Shown: piece by piece, positions 57,384 to 64,000 of the stretch
Layout of the letters: every line of letters starts with the position of its first letter
Numbering within the stretch: position 1 is the first letter of the stretch
Assembly (NCBI GenBank): GCA_020891255.1
Contig: BQFW01000009.1
Location: 1,488,001 to 1,552,000 of the forward strand
Source: Entomortierella parvispora E1425
Taxonomy: Eukaryota > Fungi > Mortierellomycota
Direction: 5' to 3'
Length of the DNA stretch: 64,000 nt
Made by a program: the position numbers and the translations under genes
Notes under the pieces: model-generated
What the model was told of the DNA's origin: nothing
What the model saw: only the letters and a program-made list of their open reading frames with translations
Databases searched by the model: none

Positions 57384-60300
57384 TTATATGTTGTTCGCAG
57401 CCGCACTCCTGTTGCTGCGGTTGCCACGGCGACTTTGGCTGGTGGGGGCGGCAGTCCCATACGAGGTATCATTCTGATCCTGACTGCCCCTTCGGCGACT
57501 TTGACTGCTGCCGGCGGTGGTGGGAGCATACGAGGTATCGTTCTGATCCTGACTGCCCCTTCGGCGACTTTGACTGCTGCCGGCGGTGGTGGGGGCATAC
57601 GAGGTATCGTTCTGATCCTGAGTGCCCCTTCGGCGACTTTGGCTGCGGCTGGTGGTGGTGGGGGCATACGAGGTATCGTTCTGATCCTGAGTGCCCATCC
57701 GGCCGCTCTGGCTGGCGGTGGTGGCAGTGGTATTATACGAGGTATCATTCTGATCCTGAGTGCCCATCCCAATGTCTCCGGCTGTTGTCTGTGATCGGGA
57801 GATCTTGTGCCTGGATGACGAAGGGCGGGTGCCTGACCTTTGAAAATGACTCTGCAATTCGCCAGCTGGGGTACTGTAATCCGTTGTCAGATTCGGTGAC
57901 GAATTCGAATGCTGGAGAACAGGAGCCTTCTCATGAGCCCTTCGGCGTGATGAGGCTGATGTGGCCGAAGTCGTTGACGTATGAGCCGCTGGTGCTGGTC
58001 GGGGCATCCTGGCTGATCTGGTCTTGGGCAAAGTAGGAGCCGGCTCAGAAACTAGATCCGTGACATTCGTCTCCTCGTATTCTTGCTTGTCATTGTAGAC
58101 TAAAACTTCATTCAACTGCGACTGTGGAGGCAGTTGTTGAGGCTTTGATCGGGACATCTTGGGGACATATTTGAGTGCATTACTCTCTTCATATTGCTGA
58201 GCCTTTCCTGTTGTCCTGTAACTCTCAGTCTGGTGCATCCTGGCCAATTCCAGATACGAAGGCTGCTGCTGCTGTTGTTGTTGTTGCTGCTGTCCTGACT
58301 GCCTAGAGGTACGGCCGCTGCCGTTATCACTGCTCTTGCGACTGTAGGTGAATGGATCCGCTTTCTTGTCGAGGCTATATCGACCAGCCACAAACGAGTT
58401 CATATCCTGACCCTTGGGACGGTATGACTCGTCGTACTGGTACGCTGCCGCCTTGGTCAGGCTCTGCTTCTGGTCACGGTCATCATAGTAATCGTCCACT
58501 GGTGACTGAGCTCGAGCACTTGATTCATACGATTTTCTTGTACTGGCCCTGGAAACGCTTCTCATTTCGATAAGCTCCTGTTTGCTGTTGTTGGTGGATG
58601 TCCTTCCAAAGCCGAATCCCTTCAAGCTCGTCGAAGACCTACTCTTGAGACCCTTCTTTTTCTTTCCTTCATCCGAGAAGTTATCGCCGTTCAAGATCTT
58701 ACTACTGAGCATCTTCTTGGCGCCTTCAGGAACCAAAGCAGCAATCATCTTGGCATGGAAGATGGGGTCTTCAAAGTTCATGCTCAAAGTGTTGCCCTTG
58801 TTCTTTCCACTGGAGTGGGGCTTGTAGAGATGCTTCTCGTTGCGGGCCGAACCATAGTCGTAATAGTCAATCTTGGGGTCGTAGGTCCTTGCCAAGAAAA
58901 TCTTGAACAACAATGTAAAAATCGGCAGGGGGATCAACGCCAAAGACTGCAGGTGCGCCAGCTTGAGGTTCACGACTCCAATCATGACAATTTGAAACAG
59001 GATCAAGGCCACAAAGACGCGGTTGTAGATGACACGGAACAGGCGACCTCCCGTTTCAACTTTGGTCCTGAAAACGTACATGAGTTGGTACTTGTAAACA
59101 AGGGAGGCCAACGAAAAGTAGACAGCGGCAAAGAACAGGACCAGGGGTGCAATCACAGAATACAGCAGTGCAGCCGTAAGCAAGAACATTTGAGATGAGA
59201 GGAACAATGGAAAGTCAAAGACAGCAGGCTTATCCATCTTGTTCTTGTCGCGAGGCGTCACCGATTTCTTGGCCCAGTACAAGACCAACGACACAATCTG
59301 GGACAGGTCCAGCAAGGCACTGAAGTTTCTGAGCGAGATGTAGTTGACCCAAAAGAGACTGGAGTCAATTACTTTTTGCGAGAGAACCAAGACAATGTCG
59401 TTCTGGCCTCGCAAAAAGGTCAAGATCGCCTGCCAAGAGGACGAGCTAAACGTGACCGTGGACAAGATCAACTTGACTTGGGCAAAGAACGACAGAATAA
59501 TGGACGAAAGCGCAAAAAAGATCAGGTTGTTCATGGTGAAGAACAAGTAAAACTTTGCCAAGGTCGATCGGTCTGTTGAAGATCGAGTGATGTTGCCCTG
59601 GAGCCAAGCTAGGTAGGTGATCAACTTGCGAACCAACAGCATCAGGACATCCATGACCAAGACCGGGAAGAGTGACTGGAGCATGCCTGAGGCGAAAGGA
59701 TGAGCCAAGAGCCAATCCTGGCTGGAAGGGAAGAGTCCAATAATGCTGTCAAGCTTGGCCACCGTTGAGAGGAGACCCATTGGAATAAAGAAGAGAAGAG
59801 ACCCAATAACGAAGAGAGTATTCACAATGATTTTACGCGACTTGCGTAGCTGCTTGGGGTTGGAGGCATTGAACCAGATAATGTCCTTGGGGACAGGAGA
59901 CAGAAAGATATCTGGAGGGTCGATCATCTTGGATCGAGAGCGCAGGACAATGGGATTCGAGAGTTCTTTGGCCGTTCGATGCGCTGCTTGGATGGTGGGG
60001 TATGACACAAAGCCATAGTTGGTCGGGGCAGACTTGTTGATCTCTACGCGGGTTCTTTCAATCTGGTCGCTAAGACTCTCGATCTGCTGAGAATAGTAGT
60101 CGATGGCATCCACTTTGGGTCCAAAGAACCGCCCGAGGCGTACAGTGGGTCTCTTTGCAGGAGGGTGTGCTGGGTCTTTAAGATAAAAAATAAGGGGGTT
60201 GCCAAGTCAGTTGCATAGAGCAGACATTCAAACTCATTCATTCGGAGGACAAGCAGGCACTCACCAGCAAAGTACTTGACCATAACTTTTTCCAACGCTT

Positions 60301-61276
60301 TCACCATTTCTTTGTGCTTTTTCATCAGCTCTGGCAGCATGTCGACTTTGCGTCCCACCATGGCTTGCACAGGTATGTCCTTCATTCCAAGATTGCTCAT
60401 AAACGCGGTCAACTTGTCGTCACCTTGCAAAGAGGCCGGCAGTCCTGCCAACATCAATGTCCTCGAAGCCATGTTCTCCTGGTAAGACGTGCTCTCAAAG
60501 TATTGGATCCTGAATTTGAGAAAGCTGCGGTATCCATGAAGCATGGCAAAAATAAGAACCAAACTAAACATCCATGTTGCTGCCACATGAGCCCAGAGCC
60601 AGTCGAAATCCACGACACCAGCCATGGTGAGTAAGGATATCTTGTCTGGAGGAGGTTGATCCTCCACCTGGGACCGAGTTGTCGAGATGATGTTTATGGG
60701 AATTAGAGCGCCACAGCCGATCACGGCCATGATGACAAAGACTTGCCGACACATGCGCACAAAGCGAATAAAGACCACTGCGTCTAATCCAATCTTGTCG
60801 ACCAGCTCTTCATCCGGACAACTCCAGACCGGCTTCATCCAAGAAAAGTAACCCTCCTCCAACCTTGGGGCTCGCTTACTAAACGAGTAAAATGAGCGAA
60901 TGTGGTTAGAGATTCATGTGGGCGATCAGGAAGAAGAGGACCGCACCTAGTTGACGTATAAACTTACTCTGCGGGCGAGCTCTTGAACTTGCGTGCATAA
61001 ATGACTGTTGTAGGCGAAGAGGGCAACAGAATAGAACAAAGAGTCAGTATTGATTGTCCCAGCGAACACCAGAGGAGAAGGGTGTGGATCCTGCGCGTTG
61101 TTCATGTATTGTGGTGAATAGTGGCCCCGTTGATTACCTCCGTTTCTCGGCCGAAGCCAACAAAACGCGCCGAGGGTGAGGAGCGAGAGTCCAACGTTGG
61201 TGCCAAGGTTGATAGCCAAGGCACTGACCTGAAGCGTAGCGCCGTTGGCCACGTTGGCGTTCACGAGAGCGCTCAT
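57384..61276 (-). CDS. OSCA/CSC1/TMEM63 family calcium-permeable stress-gated channel (RSN1_TM, PHM7_cyt, RSN1_7TM) with a long disordered C-tail
   Basis: FCWLRPRNG...; GYFSWMKPVWSCPDEELVDKIGLDAVVFIRFVR; KVDAIDYY; NYGFVSY; PVPKDIIWFN; YKYQLMYVF..ETGG.LF. Confidence 0.9.
57430..57775 (-). repeat. Five-copy 69-bp coding tandem repeat (23 aa) in the OSCA tail
   Basis: ATACGAGGTATC recurs at 57459, 57528, 57597, 57666 and 57735; encodes RRRGSQDQNDTSYAPTTAGSSQS-type units. Confidence 0.95.
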
Positions 61277-61597
61277 TTGTCTACGAGAGGGTGTCCTTGG
61301 TGGCTCTGGTCGAAGGACTGCCGCGAGGGGGGCGACGATGAGTTTTCAAGAGAAGATGGGGTCGATGGAGACGAGATGGCGAAAAAGAAAAAGTGAAAGA
61401 CGGCGACGGCGATGGTCTTCCAGGGGAAGGGAAGAAGGTGGGGGGGTGGAACAAGGAGAAAAGACCGCGAAATTAGATGAGGGGGAAGGCTTAAATTCAG
61501 GTACAGAACTCTATGTGGGGGAGTGAGTGGGCGGACTGTGGAGGAGAAACACAGGGTCGCGAAGGGGGGTTGTCGGGGAGATGATGTAGCAGGATGA

Positions 61598-61660
61598 GGA
61601 GGATGGAGGATGGGGGATGGGGGATGGAGGATGGAGGATGGAGGATGGAGGATGGAGGAT
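61598..61660 (+). repeat. Heptamer repeat (GGRGGAT)9 upstream of the OSCA gene
   Basis: Nine tandem GGAGGAT/GGGGGAT units. Confidence 0.9.
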
Positions 61661-63677
61661 GAAAAAAGGATGAAGGTGGGAAAGAGGAAGAGAAAGAGAT
61701 GAGAGAGATGACCGAGGACACGGAAGGGAGAGAGGGAAGCACGCCTGCAGTCAAATTGGACTTCTGTGCACTCTTTCCAACGGCCGGTTCTCTTCAATTC
61801 GTCGTTCATCGTTCCCCTGGTGCAATTTGGCCCTTTCCTGTCCGCCCTGTCCGCCCTGTCCTGTCCGGTCTGGCCTGTCTGTCCTCTGTGTGTTGTTGTT
61901 GTTGTCCATCTGTCCGCTGTGGTTTCTGTTCTGTGGTAGCACACAGTTCGTATCTCCCTCGATTGCTTACATTGTGCCTCTATTCTTGCCGTCTTCCCTC
62001 TCAAAAAACAGACAACCCTCTTCTCCGTAGGTCTACTGGTCATCTGACGACAATCGTCGCCCATCACTCGCCTTTGCATCGTCCCTTTCAACATCTGTCT
62101 TATCCTCCTCTAGCTCCGGCAAATAGAAGCTCATTCCTCTTTTGGGAATAGGCATCGCATCTCGAGACTTGTCGTCTTGCTATCATACAACAACTGGTAT
62201 GCAACCAGTGGTCTAACCAGCCAAGCCTGGCGTGCTTTTTTGTCTCTGTGGTCCTCAGGGGAGGGACAAACAGGTGCGCACGGCGAAATTAAAATAAATG
62301 TGTTGCCATCAGTCACCCCTCGCACTCGGACCATTTCTCTGTCAACAATACATTGTGCGGATGACATTGTTCTTCGCACGTTCGTCCTTTTCTTCTTGAC
62401 CCAGCTCGTCGAGCTGAAAGGGTTCATGGGTATTCGGAGCAATACCTCACCCCTGTGTCGGACCAGAGAGATTCAAAAGCTGAAAAACGCTACAATGTAA
62501 GGATTGTGGTTTTTTTTCTTAATTTTTTCTTTTTTTACTTTGTGGTTGCCCATTCCTGAGCAAGAGGAATCCAGATCGAGTGCGGCTAGCAGCCTCTGTC
62601 CCCTCTCTCTATCTTCAGTTTTCTCTGGGGTTCTTTCACTTTTAGTGCGAAGCATGCAAGCTAGCGTCTTGTTTTTACCCGAGGAATACGGATATCGAGA
62701 GTGCATGCCAAAGGCTGTTTTTTTTGCTCTTCGCTCCTTTTCTTGTTCCTTCCATATGACGCTGGCTCTCAAACGTGTTTTTCTCTTTAACTGTTTGACT
62801 GTAGTTACCAGAACTCGGTCCCCCTTCTCCAAAACAATATGGGCGTCAAGCAATGGCTCACAAGCTCTCTTCATAGTCTACCGCGCTAAGCCTGTCTCTT
62901 CCTATTCTGGTTCTCACATTTATATTTCCATGGAGTTCTGGTCCTGGCGGAAACCATGCGAGGCGTCCAATTGCCTGGTTCCGCCCAGCTGACTAGAAGC
63001 AGATTATCAATTTGCATGCTTGAGTTGTGTTCACACAGCCCTCCCTGTATTTTGGATCAAAGCGCTGTCCCTCCCCCGTGCCTTCTGCCGAGTGCCATGC
63101 TCCTTCATCAGAAACATGCCACGGTCCCTCTCTGCAGGTAGACATAGTTCACTCGTTGCCATAAATGGGATGTCCAAACAGGAAACAAGATGAAGGTGAA
63201 GACCTGGCCTTCATAGGACTGAAATGGAGGAAGACACGCTAGAGGCAGCACACAACCGCAATTTACATTAAAAAAAACCACATTGCGAGAACGGAACGGG
63301 TTCCCCCAATTCGTGTCATTCTGATCATTCATTACGTAGAACAATTCCGGTAGCAAATCATAGGCCCGTAGCACGGGTAACAACGGCCGGTGCGCGTGCT
63401 CTACGGTGCATGGTGATCACCTTCGACCCTGATATGGTATGCAGATTACAGATGCACCACCCTCCTTGCTCTCTTCTCCTTTGCTTCAGAGCAGTTTCCT
63501 GTTGCACGCCACCAAACAGCATCCAAACCCCTGGTCGAGACGTTTTTTTTTTTTTGCGTTTACACGGTTGAGTCGAGAACTCTTTATATAATGACGATTA
63601 CTTATTCGTTGTATTTCTGCCTTCGTCGTTCCCAAGAAAACGCCTTCTTTCCTGAATTGTGAAGTCCTTTTGGATAT

Positions 63678-63794
63678 TTAAAGGCCACCGGCACCGCCCA
63701 TGTTCTGAGACTCGCGCTGGACGCGGTTGATGTAAGTGCGGGAAACAATGTTCCATGCCTCCATGTAGCGATCCATGCACTTGGAGATGCAGGC
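63678..63794 (-). CDS. TIM13: Mitochondrial intermembrane-space chaperone Tim13, last exon (upstream exons lie beyond the window)
   Basis: After an AG acceptor: [38 protein letters not shown], with the second CX3C motif and the Tim13-typical CMDRYMxAWNxVSRxY. Confidence 0.85.
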   Translation of the reverse strand, partial: ACISKCMDRYMEAWNIVSRTYINRVQRESQNMGGAGGL

Positions 63795-64000
63795 CTATTG
63801 AGAAATAACAAGGGATTGAAGATCCAATTGAAGGTTGGGTGGCAGATACGACATGTCCAGATATAAATTCAGCAGTGGTGAAGGATCCAAGTTGGAGGAT
63901 GACAGCATGCAAGATGAATTGCAACAGAGGTCGACGGAGGAGAGGAATTGGACGAAAAGAAAAGAAAAAAAAAAGGGTGGTTAGGAAACTGGATTCACGG

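Noticed and set aside
57200-57794. Repetitive ORFs in other frames (IRTIPRMPPPP; GGGGIRGIVLIL) and possible CRISPR-like periodicity
   Set aside because: They are alternative readings of the 69-bp coding repeat of the OSCA gene. There are no unique spacers and no cas genes, and the context is eukaryotic.
61273-63600. ORFs such as 61273-62094, 62131-62442 and 62504-62992
   Set aside because: Low-complexity or repeat-derived sequence in the OSCA upstream and TIM13 downstream region; no family signal.

Overview
Intron-rich fungal genomic DNA, most consistent with an early-diverging fungus of the Mortierellaceae type. This is inferred from intron style (GTAAGT/GTATG...CTAAC...YAG, mostly 60-130 nt), the expanded F-box/RNI-like LRR and FAD-monooxygenase families, and fucosyltransferase genes. 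About 23 protein-coding loci can be reconstructed by splicing. Core genes: LYS9, DLT1-like, NXT1, CHS7-like, allantoicase, an OSCA/CSC1 channel and the last exon of TIM13. Accessory genes: a partial ABCC, a full ABCB/MDR1, two different fucosyltransferase-type GTs in tandem, an FAD monooxygenase, a Zn2Cys6 factor, six F-box/LRR genes and a DUF1857 protein. Of the F-box genes, one is broken by a 5-bp duplication and one is a pseudogene split by a 450-bp solo LTR with a perfect 5-bp TSD. The most notable observations are an intact secreted RNase T2 whose whole catalytic apparatus is substituted, the fucosyltransferase pair, a modular inverted-repeat array plus a candidate 60-aa microprotein inside the F-box array, and a 69-bp five-copy repeat placing RRxS/T sites on the OSCA tail. 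No rRNA, tRNA or CRISPR array was supported. All family assignments come from motif recognition by eye; no database search was run.
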